A DNA stretch of 64,000 nt from Podarcis cretensis (Eukaryota): NCBI GenBank assembly GCA_951804945.1, contig OX638150.1, positions 29,388,001 to 29,452,000 on the forward strand, written 5' to 3'. How positions within the stretch are numbered: position 1 is the first letter of the stretch; every line of letters starts with the position of its first letter. The position numbers and the translations under genes are program-made. The notes under the pieces were generated by a model. That model was given only the letters and a program-made list of their open reading frames with translations, made no database searches and was not told the origin of the DNA. This document shows positions 62,713-64,000 of this stretch, in pieces.

Positions 62713-63784
62713 TATATTATTTCTGAAGCAAATCGTGGGGGAATGTGGCCATATTTTGCTCTCAAATATTACATGCCACAGAAGTTGCTATGCCCTGTAA
62801 TAAAGTATCTTGTAAGTATCTTGACCATTTCGGTAACACTAACTAGGGGAAGCACTTCTTAGGGCTGACAACCTTTGTAACTTTCTATGTGGTAGATACC
62901 AACATTCTCCTGTGATCCTTTTCAAGGGCAACGTACACTGTTAAGCTCAACCAAATAAAGTCAAGCTCTTTTCACAAACACAAGTACAGAATGCTGTTAA
63001 AGAGTCACACAGCCAGGACTGAACAAAGTAGCTGAGGGAGCCCTCCAATCATATTTGCAGTCATATATGCATACTACTGAAAATGGTGGTGAGGCCACTT
63101 GGATGAAAAATATATATGAAAATGCTCATTACATTTATATATGCCACTGTCTTCCAAGGTTTTCCCTGCTCCATTTCATTCTCAGAGCAACCCTGTGAGG
63201 TTGCTTAGATTGTAAAAATTGGCAAAAAACATCTTACTGTGTGACCTTGGGCAAGATTTATTTATTTTTGCCAATTTCTAAAATTGATTTTCCAGGTCTT
63301 AACCCAATTATACAAATTATTTCCAAATGGATACAATTTTGTTTAAGTGACTTCCCATGTGTCATTCTTGATGCGTCCTTGTCTTCTGATGTTACTGCTT
63401 TTACAGCACCCAGTGAGATTTATGGCTGAGTGGGGAACTGAAACTGAATCTCCCCAGTCCTAGTCCAACATTCTAACCACTAATACACCATCCTAACTTT
63501 TACCAGCTTGGTTCCTCAAGCTTTACAGTATTTTCTATGAAAGTTGCTACCTATGCCAGGTGGCCAGGTGCTATTTCCAATTCTACCACTGCCTATAAGA
63601 AAAGACAACATTGACACATGTTTCCAATTATGCAAATGGGAGGTGAAAGGGGGCCATAGAAGAATTCCAAAGATTGCTATAATATTATAATAAGTAATAA
63701 ATAAATTTAAGGACTATGTGCTGTCCCAAAATGCTGTACGTATTTGTTTGAAAGAACCATATGAATTTAGGCCTTTGTAGGGAA

Positions 63785-63786
<2 letters not shown>

Positions 63787-63827
<41 letters not shown>
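63787..63827. repeat. (AC)n microsatellite
   Basis: ~20 units. Confidence 0.95.
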
Positions 63828-63830
<3 letters not shown>

Positions 63831-64000
63831 TGGCCTAGTGAAAAGTATATTAATGCTGTCTAAGAGGCAGAGACCTGTATTCTCTAGGGTGCCGATTTTA
63901 ATATTGAACAGGGCACCTGTGTCTTCAGTAGAAGTATAAAAGGGAGAATTTCAGAAGGTGAAATGACACCAAAATGACAAGAGAAACTGGCATGTCCACA

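Noticed and set aside
1-64000. The many 60-180 aa ORFs in the supplied track as independent genes
   Set aside because: They are short, often use non-ATG starts and show no recognisable homology. Those with real signal are RPTOR exons read into introns, or repeat-derived.

Overview
Eukaryotic genomic DNA from a squamate reptile, probably a lacertid lizard given the Sauria-SINE types present. The window holds the 3' end of RPTOR (Raptor, the mTORC1 scaffold) on the minus strand. There are 11 GT-AG coding exons between 62331 and 9375 that join into 1200 nt (399 aa + stop, TADD...VEKRIR*). They cover the linker and the WD40 propeller and equal exons 24-34 if numbered back from the last exon of a 34-exon gene. 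A ~2.3 kb 3' UTR probably ends at an AATAAA cluster near 7130. The rest is intron or intergenic DNA with Sauria SINEs, Tc1/mariner and hAT MITEs, Bov-B/RTE/CR1/L2 fragments and microsatellites. Almost all ORFs in the supplied track are spurious. The best find is a frame-preserving 48-nt candidate cassette exon in intron 28 (34243-34290) that would insert GLARRVSIYLDRSKQG, carrying an RRxS-hydrophobic PKA/Aurora-type motif, into a WD40 loop. A second, speculative 117-nt exon would be open only when joined to that cassette. Also notable: a 61-bp templated copy of exon 27 inside intron 25, a fold-back SINE palindrome, and a twin-primed Bov-B insertion with an iterated junction.
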